Sequence record: NZ_CP031103.1 | DNA length: 64,000 bases | Origin: a plasmid | Reading direction: 5' to 3' (one strand) | In this document: in pieces, positions 53,792 to 64,000 of the stretch | How the letters are laid out: every line of letters begins with the position of its first letter | How positions within the stretch are numbered: position 1 is the first letter of the stretch | Notes under the pieces: generated by a model | The model's input: only the letters and a program-made list of their open reading frames with translations | The model's database searches: none | Told to the model about the DNA's origin: nothing | Position numbers and translations under genes: made by a program

Positions 53792-56764
53792 ATGCCACGC
53801 CGCTCAATCCTGTCCGCCACCGAGCGCGAAAGCCTGCTGGCACTGCCAGATGCCAAAGACGAACTGATACGGCACTACATGTTCAACGAAACCGACCTGT
53901 CGGTGATCCGTCAGCGTCGCGGCGCCGCGAATCGATTGGGCTTCGCTGTGCAGCTTTGCTACTTGCGATTCCCTGGCACCTTTTTGGGCGTCGATGAGCC
54001 TCCGTTTCCGCCCCTGTTGCGCATGGTGACCGCGCAACTCAAGATGCCAGTGGAAAGTTGGAGCGAGTACGGCCAGCGCGAACAGACACGGCGGGAGCAC
54101 TTGGTCGAGCTGCAAACGGTTTTTGGGTTCAAGCCCCTCACCATGAGCCACTATCGGCAAGCCGTGCATACATTGACCGAGCTGGCCTTGCAGACCGACA
54201 AAGGCATCGTGCTGGCGAGCGCACTTGTCGAGAATCTGCGGCGGCAGAGCATTATCCTGCCCGCCATGAATGCCATCGAGCGCGCAAGCGCCGAGGCCAT
54301 CACCCGTGCCAACCGACGCATTTACGCGGCGCTGACCGATTCTTTGTTATCACCCCACCGTCAGCGCCTGGACGAACTTCTCAAGCGCAAGGACGGCAGT
54401 AAAGTGACGTGGCTGGCATGGCTGCGCCAGTCGCCTGCCAAACCGAACTCTCGCCACATGCTCGAACATATTGAGCGCCTGAAATCCTGGCAAGCACTTG
54501 ATCTGCCCGCAGGCATCGAGCGGCAGGTTCACCAGAACCGCCTGCTCAAAATCGCTCGTGAAGGTGGCCAGATGACGCCTGCTGATCTGGCAAAGTTCGA
54601 GGTGCAACGACGCTATGCCACGCTGGTAGCGCTGGCCATCGAAGGCATGGCCACCGTCACCGATGAAATCATCGACCTTCACGATCGCATCATCGGCAAG
54701 CTGTTCAACGCGGCCAAGAACAAGCATCAGCAGCAGTTCCAGGCTTCCGGCAAGGCGATCAACGACAAGGTGCGGATGTATGGGCGCATCGGTCAAGCGT
54801 TGATTGAGGCCAAGCAAAGCGGCAGCGATCCGTTCGCCGCCATCGAGGCCGTTATGCCCTGGGACACCTTCGCCGCCAGCGTCACCGAAGCGCAAACATT
54901 GGCGCGGCCTGCCGACTTTGATTTCCTGCACCACATCGGTGAAAGCTATGCCACGCTACGCCGCTACGCGCCGCAGTTCCTGGGCGTGCTCAAATTGCGG
55001 GCTGCGCCCGCCGCCAAGGGTGTGCTCGATGCCATCGACATGCTGCGCGGCATGAACAGCGACAGCGCGCGCAAGGTGCCCGCCGATGCGCCAACCGCAT
55101 TCATCAAGCCGCGCTGGGCAAAGCTGGTTCTGACCGACGACGGCATCGACCGGCGTTACTACGAGTTATGCGCCCTGTCGGAGCTGAAGAACGCGCTGCG
55201 CTCCGGTGATGTCTGGGTGCAGGGTTCTCGCCAGTTCAAGGACTTCGACGAATACCTGGTGCCGGTCGAGAAGTTCGCCACTTTGAAGCTGGCCAGCGAA
55301 TTGCCGCTGGCAGTGGCCACCGACTGCGACCAATACCTGCATGACCGGTTGGAATTGTTGGAGGCGCAACTCGCCACAGTCAACCGCATGGCTGCGGCCA
55401 ACGACTTACCGGATGCCATCATCACCACCGCGTCAGGCCTGAAGATCACGCCGCTGGACGCGGCAGTACCAGACGCCGCGCAAGCCATGATCGACCAGAC
55501 AGCTATGCTGCTGCCGCACCTCAAAATCACCGAGTTGCTGATGGAGGTCGATGAATGGACGGGCTTCACCCGCCACTTCACACACCTGAAGACCAGCGAC
55601 ACGGCCAAGGACAAAACCTTGCTGTTGACGACGATCCTGGCCGACGCGATCAACCTGGGTCTGACCAAAATGGCCGAGTCCTGCCCTGGCACCACCTACG
55701 CCAAGCTGTCTTGGCTGCAAGCCTGGCACATCCGCGATGAAACCTATTCGACGGCGCTGGCCGAGCTGGTGAATGCGCAGTTTCGGCAACCCTTCGCCGG
55801 CAACTGGGGTGACGGCACCACGTCATCGTCGGACGGCCAGAACTTCAGAACCGGCAGCAAAGCAGAAAGCACTGGTCATATCAACCCGAAGTATGGAAGC
55901 AGTCCAGGACGGACTTTCTACACCCATATCTCCGACCAGTACGCGCCCTTCAGTGCCAAGGTGGTCAACGTGGGCATTCGTGATTCAACTTACGTGCTTG
56001 ATGGCCTGCTGTACCACGAGTCGGACTTGCGCATCGAGGAACACTACACCGACACGGCAGGCTTCACCGATCACGTGTTTGGCTTGATGCATTTGCTGGG
56101 ATTTCGCTTCGCGCCGCGTATCCGTGACTTGGGCGAAACCAAGCTATTCATCCCCAAGGGCGATGCCGCCTATGACGCGCTCAAGCCGATGATTAGCAGC
56201 GACAGGCTGAACATCAAGCAAATACGCGCCCATTGGGATGAAATTCTGCGGCTGGCCACCTCCATCAAGCAAGGCACGGTAACGGCTTCGCTGATGCTGC
56301 GCAAACTCGGCAGCTACCCGCGCCAGAACGGCTTGGCCGTGGCGTTGCGCGAGCTGGGGCGCATCGAGCGCACGCTGTTCATTTTGGATTGGCTGCAAAG
56401 CGTGGAGCTGCGCCGCCGCGTCCATGCGGGGCTGAATAAGGGCGAGGCGCGCAACGCGCTGGCCAGGGCGGTCTTCTTCTACCGATTGGGTGAAATCCGC
56501 GACCGCAGTTTTGAGCAGCAGCGCTACCGGGCCAGCGGCCTCAATCTGGTGACGGCGGCCATCGTGTTGTGGAACACGGTATATCTGGAGCGTGCCACCA
56601 GTGCTTTGCGTGGCAACGGCACGGCGCTGGACGACACATTGTTGCAATATCTGTCGCCGCTGGGGTGGGAGCACATCAACCTGACCGGCGATTACCTATG
56701 GCGCAGCAGCGCCAAGGTCGGTGCGGGGAAGTTTAGGCCATTGCGACCGCTGCCACCGGCTTAG
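53792..56764 (+). CDS. tnpA: TnpA transposase (Tn21 family, 990 aa)
   Basis: Family recognition. Confidence 0.95.
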   Translation: MPRRSILSATERESLLALPDAKDELIRHYMFNETDLSVIRQRRGAANRLGFAVQLCYLRFPGTFLGVDEPPFPPLLRMVTAQLKMPVESWSEYGQREQTRREHLVELQTVFGFKPLTMSHYRQAVHTLTELALQTDKGIVLASALVENLRRQSIILPAMNAIERASAEAITRANRRIYAALTDSLLSPHRQRLDELLKRKDGSKVTWLAWLRQSPAKPNSRHMLEHIERLKSWQALDLPAGIERQVHQNRLLKIAREGGQMTPADLAKFEVQRRYATLVALAIEGMATVTDEIIDLHDRIIGKLFNAAKNKHQQQFQASGKAINDKVRMYGRIGQALIEAKQSGSDPFAAIEAVMPWDTFAASVTEAQTLARPADFDFLHHIGESYATLRRYAPQFLGVLKLRAAPAAKGVLDAIDMLRGMNSDSARKVPADAPTAFIKPRWAKLVLTDDGIDRRYYELCALSELKNALRSGDVWVQGSRQFKDFDEYLVPVEKFATLKLASELPLAVATDCDQYLHDRLELLEAQLATVNRMAAANDLPDAIITTASGLKITPLDAAVPDAAQAMIDQTAMLLPHLKITELLMEVDEWTGFTRHFTHLKTSDTAKDKTLLLTTILADAINLGLTKMAESCPGTTYAKLSWLQAWHIRDETYSTALAELVNAQFRQPFAGNWGDGTTSSSDGQNFRTGSKAESTGHINPKYGSSPGRTFYTHISDQYAPFSAKVVNVGIRDSTYVLDGLLYHESDLRIEEHYTDTAGFTDHVFGLMHLLGFRFAPRIRDLGETKLFIPKGDAAYDALKPMISSDRLNIKQIRAHWDEILRLATSIKQGTVTASLMLRKLGSYPRQNGLAVALRELGRIERTLFILDWLQSVELRRRVHAGLNKGEARNALARAVFFYRLGEIRDRSFEQQRYRASGLNLVTAAIVLWNTVYLERATSALRGNGTALDDTLLQYLSPLGWEHINLTGDYLWRSSAKVGAGKFRPLRPLPPA

Positions 56765-56775
56765 CGTGCTTTATT

Positions 56776-58103
56776 TAATGAGATGGTCACTCCCTCCTTC
56801 CCGGTACTATGCTGAGGACAGGCTTTCATTCGGAGAACTATCATGGAAAACATTGCGCTCATTGGTATCGATCTGGGTAAAAACTCTTTCCATATTCATT
56901 GCCAGGATCGTCGCGGGAAGGCTGTTTACCGTAAAAAATTTACCCGGCCAAAGTTGATCGAATTTTTGGCGACATGCCCCGCTACAACCATCGCAATGGA
57001 AGCCTGTGGCGGTTCTCACTTTATGGCACGCAAGTTGGAAGAGTTGGGGCATTCCCCAAAGCTGATATCACCACAATTTGTCCGCCCGTTCGTTAAAAGC
57101 AATAAAAACGACTTTGTCGACGCCGAAGCTATTTGTGAAGCTGCATCGCGTCCGTCTATGCGTTTTGTGCAGCCCAGAACGGAATCTCAGCAGGCAATGC
57201 GGGCTCTGCATCGTGTCCGTGAATCCCTGGTTCAGGATAAGGTAAAAACAACCAATCAAATGCATGCTTTTCTGCTGGAATTTGGCATTAGCGTTCCCCG
57301 AGGAGCTGCCGTTATTAGCCGACTGAGTACCATTCTTGAGGATAATAGTTTGCCTCTTTACCTCAGCCAGTTATTGCTGAAATTACAACAGCATTATCAC
57401 TATCTTGTTGAGCAGATTAAAGATTTGGAATCCCAGTTGAAACGAAAGTTGGACGAAGATGAGGTTGGACAGCGCTTGCTGAGCATTCCCTGCGTCGGAA
57501 CACTGACAGCGAGTACTATTTCAACTGAGATTGGCGACGGGAAGCAGTACGCCAGCAGCCGTGACTTTGCGGCGGCAACAGGGCTTGTACCTCGGCAGTA
57601 CAGCACGGGAGGTAGGACGACATTGCTGGGAATTAGTAAGCGAGGTAATAAAAAGATCCGAACTTTGTTGGTTCAATGTGCCAGGGTATTCATACAAAAA
57701 CTGGAACACCAGTCTGGCAAATTGGCCGATTGGGTCAGGGATTTACTGTGCCGGAAAAGCAACTTTGTCGTCACTTGTGCTCTGGCAAACAAGCTGGCCA
57801 GAATAGCCTGGGCCCTAACGGCACGACAGCAAACTTATGTAGCATAACGGCAGAAATACACCGGTTTAAAGAATTACTGATCTGGTTTTGCGAATACTGA
57901 TATTGATGATACTAACGGCCCACCGGCCTGTTGAGGAACCTGTAAAACGGAAAGGCTCATTGAAGCCGTATATTTTCTGGAGGTTCATCAGGCGCGGAAC
58001 TCATCAAGGCGCGGGAATAAAATCCCATTCAGACGCCGGATAGATTCAAGCAAGCCAACTTGTCGTCAAAATCGGTGTTGCAAAAACGGGAGTGACCATA
58101 GAT
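56776..58103 (+). mobile_element. IS5075/IS4321-like copy 3 (transposase 56843-57847) in IRtnp of the mer transposon
   Basis: Identical to copy 2. Confidence 0.9.
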
Positions 58104-58576
58104 TCCGTTTTCTGAGACGACCCCTACACGCTCGTAAGCGGCCCTGACGGCCCGCATAACGCGGAGATACGCCCCGACTGCGGCTCTGCCTTGTCGGGAC
58201 CACTCCGACCGCGCACAGAAGCACCTGAGTCGCTACAGGCGGGTATGGCTTATCAGGGCGAAGGGATGGATTGGTGGAAACTATCAACTCTGTAGCCGGC
58301 TTCGCCGGGTGACGGCGCCATTCAGTAGCAGAGACATCCTCAGCAACTGCTGGCGCCTCCATGCGCCTGCAGCGCATCACAAACCCACCATATTTATACT
58401 TTTAAATCATGAGATTATTGATCCTCAGGATGATTTAATGCGATATGCTCACCGGCGTGACCTGGTGAAAGCGTCACCACCTTCAGTAAACCGTTTCGTC
58501 CGGGCGGCCTTAAGCATCACCTGATTCTGGCTCGCCTGGTAAACCCGTATCGATGAACTGCAGAAAGGAGTTGCCT

Positions 58577-59566
58577 GTGGCAGATAATTCAGGAAGGAGA
58601 GGTTCTGTTGAAATACCCGAGATCGTCAGAGCACCGGCATGGCGCAGGGTTCTTGACTGGTCGCGTGAGGAGCTGCTGCACCGCCTTGGGCAGCCGGCAG
58701 GGCTTGAACGAGTAATAAAAACCGGCGTGCTGGTTCCCTGTTCCATAACACCACCTGCGGATACGTTCTGGACACGGTCAGTAACCGCCTGGGATACGTG
58801 GCTGGATCCTTCATCTTCTTATTTTGCCCGCCCCTATACGCTTGATTACCGTAAACCCGACGGCACAGGCCATCTTGAAGGGCATCTGATTACGATCCCG
58901 GAGGCTGAAAATCTTATTCAGGAAGAGACAATTCACGATTTTCAGTGTGACATCAGTTTACTGAGAGGGATGTCCAGTTCGAAATCAGAGAGCCATAACA
59001 TCACCGATATTAACGATCTTGCGGTGCTGCGCAGTCCCGAACTGGCCGAACCCGTCACCCCGGAACATCTTCAGGAGAATATGTCTCATGGCGGGTTGCG
59101 CCTCGATCAGATGCGGTTTGCGGAGTATCCGTGGTCTGAACGCCGGTACTACTGGCACAATAACGACGGCTCCCATCATTTCAGCGCTGCCCGCTATCAG
59201 GCTGGTCGCCTGCAGCAGCCTGTTCCGCTGACAGGGGCGCTGCGCCGCTACAGTGTGAATGTGCAGATGGTGCCTGTATTGCGTAACAAATGGCAGATGT
59301 TTGTGATCCCGAAGGAAGAACTGTTCGGCAGTTTTTATGAATCAATGAAAGCCTTTGAAAGCCCGTTTGCCTGGTCAGCGTTACCTGAGAACATGCACGA
59401 TCCGAGGACGAGTGGCACAGAGTTGTGCATCGTATGGCTGGAAAGGGATAATGCCAGAGCATGTTCCGCGGCAAACGTTCTGGCCAGATATGGATTCCCG
59501 GACTTCGGCGAGATGCTGACAGAACTTGCCAGATACGGGCAAAGGGATTCAGTGCTGGCCGGTTAG
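58577..59566 (+). CDS. hypothetical protein (about 329 aa), first gene of a two-gene unit
   Basis: RBS aaaggag then GTG at 58577 (ORF track ATG 58553). Confidence 0.4.
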   Translation: MADNSGRRGSVEIPEIVRAPAWRRVLDWSREELLHRLGQPAGLERVIKTGVLVPCSITPPADTFWTRSVTAWDTWLDPSSSYFARPYTLDYRKPDGTGHLEGHLITIPEAENLIQEETIHDFQCDISLLRGMSSSKSESHNITDINDLAVLRSPELAEPVTPEHLQENMSHGGLRLDQMRFAEYPWSERRYYWHNNDGSHHFSAARYQAGRLQQPVPLTGALRRYSVNVQMVPVLRNKWQMFVIPKEELFGSFYESMKAFESPFAWSALPENMHDPRTSGTELCIVWLERDNARACSAANVLARYGFPDFGEMLTELARYGQRDSVLAG

Positions 59567-59754
59567 TTGTCGCTTTTTTGCTTCTTCCGCCAGGCTGAAA
59601 GTTCTGTACATCCCTTACGGCCATGGGTTTTCGCTAAATGGAACTAAATTATCCTAAGTTATTCTCAATGTAGGATAATTTCCGAATTCCGGGCGGACCC
59701 CAGTTAGCATATCGTCACGGAGTGCATGGCTCCTCTTAACAGAAGGTATATTCA

Positions 59755-60285
59755 GTGCAGCTTTTCCACGGAACCCGGCAGCGCTTTGACAGATTTGATG
59801 TCTCATTCTGGGGGACCGGTGAGGCCGGCAGTATCAACGCCTGCTGGTTTACCGATAACTTTAAAGGGGCTTGCAATCATGCCTTGTTAAAAAACAGGAA
59901 CCCCGGAAATCCGTTGGTTTACCGGTGCACATTGAAGAAAGGCTGCGTTATCGCAAATCATCGCCAGCTGCTTTCTGAGCAACCTGATATTGCATCACGT
60001 CTCAGGACTGGTCTGCCCGTAAGTATCAGCAGCCAGCTAGGCAGGGGACTGGACTGGCACGCCCTGAATGAACCCCGGTATACATATTGCAAAGGAAGTC
60101 TGATTTACGAGGGAAACCGCCACGTAGAGCCCGCTGAACTAATCAGCCTGTATTTGTCATGTGGTATTCAGGGGGTGTATGACTGGGAGGGTATCTTTAC
60201 AGACAGCTATCTGCACGGGACGACGACTGTAATATTCGATACGGATGTGCTCGATATTCAGGAAGTTGTTGAGGTGCAGTTCTGA
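59755..60285 (+). CDS. 176-aa protein with diphtheria-toxin-like H-Y-E ADP-ribosyltransferase signature (candidate)
   Basis: LFHGT (res 4-7), WFTDN (res 31-35, cf. DT FYSTDN), YEG (res 118-120) at ART-like spacing. Confidence 0.35.
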   Translation: MQLFHGTRQRFDRFDVSFWGTGEAGSINACWFTDNFKGACNHALLKNRNPGNPLVYRCTLKKGCVIANHRQLLSEQPDIASRLRTGLPVSISSQLGRGLDWHALNEPRYTYCKGSLIYEGNRHVEPAELISLYLSCGIQGVYDWEGIFTDSYLHGTTTVIFDTDVLDIQEVVEVQF

Positions 60286-60657
60286 ACCTCAACCTTCGCG
60301 CAACGAGGCTTGCCGACGCTCATAGCGGTCAATGCCTGCCGCGAACGCTGGCCAAATGGCTGTGCTTTTTCCGGAGCATCGATGCTGTTCAGCCTACTTG
60401 TGCAGAACAGCACATGATTTAATTTTTGTCATCGCAATCTGTGGTCACGATCATTCGTGTTCTTAGCCAGTCCCGGGATGCAGCCTGGCATGAACCCTGG
60501 AAATAAATGACCAAACTTATGATTATAATTTGCTTTAATTATCAATGGCTTAGTTCGCGTAATCTGTCTTATGTTAAATTTAGTCCGTCGCTCATTTATT
60601 TTATACCCGACCGCAGACTACGATTAGTCATACACAGATATACTCTTTCATTTAGTT

Positions 60658-60692
60658 TAAAAAAACGCTCCCTATCAGGAGCGTAAGCCAGT
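60658..60692 (-). terminator. rho-independent terminator after silE (acgctcc tgatagg gagcgt + T7)
   Basis: Seen in sequence. Confidence 0.7.
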
Positions 60693-60734
60693 AACTTCGG
60701 CGTCAAATGAGGGTCTAACAAGTGGAGCTGCGGG

Positions 60735-61169
60735 TTAATTCTGGGTGATCTGACTGCGATGTTTATCAGCCTGCTGCTGGTGAACAACGGAAGACTGACC
60801 ATTATTCGCCTTCTCATGCACAACTGCGGCCTTCTCATGCTCGCTCATTTCAGAAAATGACTTTGCTGTTTCGTTGGTAGCTCCTGGTTTAGCTTTCATC
60901 ATTTTTTTATGCATTTCAGCCATATCCTGGTGGGCAGCAGAATTGCTGTTTTGCATCATGTCATGGGACATTGCGGCCTGATCGTGACTGCTCATATCCA
61001 TCATTGTCATGCTGTCTCCCTGAATTGCACTTTTTTCAGCAGATGACTGCATCTGGTGGGCAGGTGCCTGTGCATTATTTACCTGGTCATGCATGTTCAT
61101 TGTCTCTGCAGCCATGGCAGATGAAGCGGCAGCCATAATGGCAACAAATGATACAAGGATCTTTTTCAT
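60735..61169 (-). CDS. silE: SilE periplasmic silver-binding protein
   Basis: Signal peptide, repeated HxxM/MxxH motifs. Confidence 0.85.
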   Translation of the reverse strand: MKKILVSFVAIMAAASSAMAAETMNMHDQVNNAQAPAHQMQSSAEKSAIQGDSMTMMDMSSHDQAAMSHDMMQNSNSAAHQDMAEMHKKMMKAKPGATNETAKSFSEMSEHEKAAVVHEKANNGQSSVVHQQQADKHRSQITQN

Positions 61170-61386
61170 GGTTGGGTCTCCGGTGTTTTCATACCCAAAC
61201 AATCAACGGCTTATGACAGAGAAAGCATTTGATCTCAGGGCGGGTTATTCATCACTCCAGGAACCAGGTGATTGCGTTATCACCCTGCTCCTGATTTATG
61301 AATGATTATAAAAAACCGCATCTGTTTATCGCGTGACTGGATGATGACAATTTTGTCACCTTCCAGGTTTCTCCTGAATAACGGAG

Positions 61387-62787
61387 TTAATCCATTAACA
61401 GGCTCACTTTGAACACAATTTCCCGCCCCTGCTGTTCTGCTGACAGCTCGCCGCCGTGAGCATGAATGATTGACCTTGTAATTGATAATCCCAGCCCCGC
61501 GCCTTCCGTGTTGTGGACCCTTGATGAGTCTGCGCGATAGAACCGGTCAAACAAACGTTCAAGATTAGCGGGAACCGGGCCAGACATCGTATTCGTAATC
61601 ATCACGTTCACACAGTCACCGTCATGCTCAAGGCGTATCGCTGTACAGGTGTTATCGGGAGAATACTTGATTGCATTCGAAAGCAGGTTACTGAAAGCAC
61701 GTCGCAGCATATCGCTGTCTCCGGCAACAACGCCCTCTCCTTCAACCGTGATTGTCTTTCCTGTTTCGTCTGCCAGGGGCTCGAATAACTCACGTAATTC
61801 ATTCAGTTCGGCGGCCAGATCCACATCATGTTTATCCAGCTGCAGCAGACCATGCTCTGAACGTGCCAGAAAAAGCATGTCACTGGTCATTCGTGACAAC
61901 CTTTTCAGTTCTTCCAGGTTAGCGAATAAAATTTCGCGGTAATGCGAAACATCCCTTTCCTTAGCCAGTGCAAACTGCGTCTGCATCATCAGATTACTGA
62001 CCGGTGTGCGCAGCTCATGCGCGATGTCAGACGAGAAATCTGACAGTTTCCGGAATGAACCCTCCAGGCGATCGAACATGTTATTGAATTCCTGCATGGT
62101 CTCAGAGATTTCCGGCGGAGCCAGATCGGGATTAAGACGCTGATCCAGGCTGTGTACGGTCATGGAGGAAGCCAGACTGGTCATTTCCCGTAACGGTTTC
62201 AGACCAATGCGTGTGGTCAGCCAGCCCAGAAAAACAGAAATAAAAACCAGACCGATATTGAACCAAAACAGCCAGGTACTGAGCTTATCCATAAATAGGG
62301 TGTGATACCCGGTATCCGTGGCAACCGTAACGATGAAATGTTTGCTTTTACCCTGTTCCGGCGTCACGGCAACCCGCCGCGAGATACTGCGGTATACGGT
62401 GTTATTTTCTTCCGTCTGGATCATATAGTCGAGAATATCCCCCGACTTATTTAGCAGGACCGCTGGAACAACAGAATTTTTGGCATACAGTTCCACCAGT
62501 TTTTCATTTTCCATATTTTTTATAGAAATGAATAAGCCATTGTGCCCCACCATCGCATCGTTTATTTTTTCTGATAATGACTTTATATCCGTTTTGTTCC
62601 TGAACGTCTCTGTTTTAAGAAACTCTTCGGTGAGCTGAAGTTTACCAGTCAGAAAATCGCGATCCTGATTATCGAAATAGCCATTAAGGGTGCTAATCAG
62701 GATAAAACTTGATAACCACCATACCGTAAGCATCACTGCAGAAAAAATCAGGCTCAGGCGTGTGGTCAGGGAAATTTTGAGCCTCAC
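61387..62787 (-). CDS. silS: SilS/CusS-type sensor histidine kinase
   Basis: Two TM, HAMP, HisKA (HELRTP), HATPase. Confidence 0.85.
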   Translation of the reverse strand: MRLKISLTTRLSLIFSAVMLTVWWLSSFILISTLNGYFDNQDRDFLTGKLQLTEEFLKTETFRNKTDIKSLSEKINDAMVGHNGLFISIKNMENEKLVELYAKNSVVPAVLLNKSGDILDYMIQTEENNTVYRSISRRVAVTPEQGKSKHFIVTVATDTGYHTLFMDKLSTWLFWFNIGLVFISVFLGWLTTRIGLKPLREMTSLASSMTVHSLDQRLNPDLAPPEISETMQEFNNMFDRLEGSFRKLSDFSSDIAHELRTPVSNLMMQTQFALAKERDVSHYREILFANLEELKRLSRMTSDMLFLARSEHGLLQLDKHDVDLAAELNELRELFEPLADETGKTITVEGEGVVAGDSDMLRRAFSNLLSNAIKYSPDNTCTAIRLEHDGDCVNVMITNTMSGPVPANLERLFDRFYRADSSRVHNTEGAGLGLSITRSIIHAHGGELSAEQQGREIVFKVSLLMD

Positions 62788-63470
62788 TCTTCTCTGATCT
62801 CCAGGACATATCCGGCACCGCGAACGGTATGGATCAGTTTTGGTTCAAAGTCATCATCAATTTTACTTCTCAGACGTCTCACGGCGACATCAATCACATT
62901 CGTATCACTGTCAAAGTTCATATTCCAGACCAGGGACGAGATAAGACTCCTGGGTAACACTTCTCCGGTGCGTTGCAACAGCAACTCAAGCAGAACGTAT
63001 TCTTTACCGGTGAGATGGATCTTCTTCCCCGAACGGATCACGGTTCGGCGCACCATATCAACGGTCATATCGGCGATGGTGCAAACCGTTGCGGACTGCG
63101 AGCGTGCCCGCCGCAGTAAGGTTCTTACACGTGCAACCAGCTCCGTAAAATCGAAGGGCTTAATCAGGTAGTCATCTGCACCAAGCTCCAGTCCTTTCAC
63201 TTTGTCCCGCACGTTGTCTTTTGCGGTTAAAAACAGGACCGGTTCTTCGTGCCCGGACTTCCTCAGTGCGCTGATGATTTGCCACCCGTCGAGGAAAGGC
63301 AGCATCACGTCCAGTATTATCAAATCATACTGTCCCTTCGACGCGGCCCCAAGACCATCGCGGCCATTATTAAAGAGATCGGCCTGATAGCCTTCCTCAA
63401 CCAGTCCCTGCTGCAGGTAACGACCTGTTTTTTGTTCGTCTTCAACGATTAAAATACGCTGCATGGTCAA
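62784..63470 (-). CDS. silR: SilR/CusR OmpR-family response regulator
   Basis: REC domain D51-like, winged-helix. Confidence 0.9.
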   Translation of the reverse strand: MTMQRILIVEDEQKTGRYLQQGLVEEGYQADLFNNGRDGLGAASKGQYDLIILDVMLPFLDGWQIISALRKSGHEEPVLFLTAKDNVRDKVKGLELGADDYLIKPFDFTELVARVRTLLRRARSQSATVCTIADMTVDMVRRTVIRSGKKIHLTGKEYVLLELLLQRTGEVLPRSLISSLVWNMNFDSDTNVIDVAVRRLRSKIDDDFEPKLIHTVRGAGYVLEIREE

Positions 63471-63518
63471 CTCGCTGATATGAAAGTAAAAATCGCACGC
63501 GTGAGCGTTGGTTGTCCC

Positions 63519-64000
63519 TTAGCTGACCTGAGACGGAGCAAGCATTCCGAGCCACGCTACGGCACCCAGAATGATAATCGCAACAACGAATTCTGTCAGG
63601 ATGCTGTTTCGCATCAGGGCAACGCTGCGATCATAATTCCCTTCCCTGACCATAACTTCAAGCCGGGGACCCAGGTGAAACCGGTTTGCTGCAGCCAGAA
63701 GAAGCATCAGAACAAACAGAGCCGTCTTAGCAAGCAATATTCCCCCCCAGGAGCTGTTGAATAAGGGGGTTAAGTTACCTTCAGCAATATACAGATAGTT
63801 GACCATCGCACTCAGGATCAGGGCTACAACAATCACCGTACCTGCCGTGGCAAATTTTGCCAGGGAGTCAGATATCACAATGACGCTCTGTGCATTGTGC
63901 GCGTTTCTGCGCATCAGCAGGATAGCAAATGCAACCAGAGCACCTGTCCAGGCACCTGCAGCGCCGAGATGAGTTAGATCGCTCAGTAAATGGAGATAGT
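63519..64000 (-). CDS. pcoD: CopD/PcoD-family copper resistance membrane protein, 3' portion (runs off window)
   Basis: Multi-TM CopD-like C-terminus with NRF/RL motif. Confidence 0.5.
   Translation of the reverse strand, partial: YLHLLSDLTHLGAAGAWTGALVAFAILLMRRNAHNAQSVIVISDSLAKFATAGTVIVVALILSAMVNYLYIAEGNLTPLFNSSWGGILLAKTALFVLMLLLAAANRFHLGPRLEVMVREGNYDRSVALMRNSILTEFVVAIIILGAVAWLGMLAPSQVS

Overview
Mosaic, GC-rich enterobacterial plasmid segment (Klebsiella/Enterobacter-like) in which a P1-like phage-plasmid backbone carries an IncFIB-type replicon, two metal-resistance transposons, a sil/pco fragment and a restriction-modification island.

P1-like backbone
- coi-like and c1-like immunity genes converge on pacB-pacA terminase genes.
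- A P1-type pac site with six GATC-containing TGATCA(G/C) elements lies inside pacA.
- An actin-like (ParM/StbA-type) ATPase gene is present but disrupted (see below).

Transposons and IS elements
- A 15.4-kb Tn3-family transposon (5721-21130) sits inside the ParM-like gene with a 5-bp TGGAT target-site duplication. It carries tnpA, res, tnpR, chrA, padR, arsH, arsRBC, a CadA/ZntA-like P1B-ATPase with an ArsR/SmtB regulator, and a DsbA-like gene.
- Both of its terminal IRs are split by IS5075/IS4321-like (IS110 family) elements.
- A Tn21-subgroup mercury transposon spans 48785-58124: merR, merTPCADE, a small urf2-like ORF, res, tnpR, tnpA, no integron. Its tnpA-side IR carries a third IS5075-like copy at the identical IR position.
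- Also present: three IS1 copies and an IS3-family remnant.

Other content
- repFIB-like repA with iterons, a parA / RHH-parG partition pair with repeats, and a tyrosine recombinase.
- Two HigB/RelE-HigA-like toxin-antitoxin pairs and a Lar-like anti-restriction gene.
- An AT-rich island encoding a 1629-aa single-polypeptide Mrr-helicase-methyltransferase (Type ISP-like) restriction-modification enzyme.
- silE, silS, silR fused 48 bp downstream of a pcoD 3' end.

Unannotated or unusual items
- A DinQ/TisB-like 31-aa type I toxin ORF with repeats and an antisense terminator.
- A 47-aa His-rich secreted peptide next to the P1B-ATPase.
- A 45-bp in-frame tandem expansion at the merT N-terminus.
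- A two-gene operon whose second product has a diphtheria-toxin-like H-Y-E ADP-ribosyltransferase signature.
- A DHH/DHHA1 phosphoesterase in the phage backbone.

Caveat: several frameshifts relative to intact duplicate copies in this same window are 1-bp deletions in C/G homopolymers, so many apparent pseudogenes may be sequencing artefacts.
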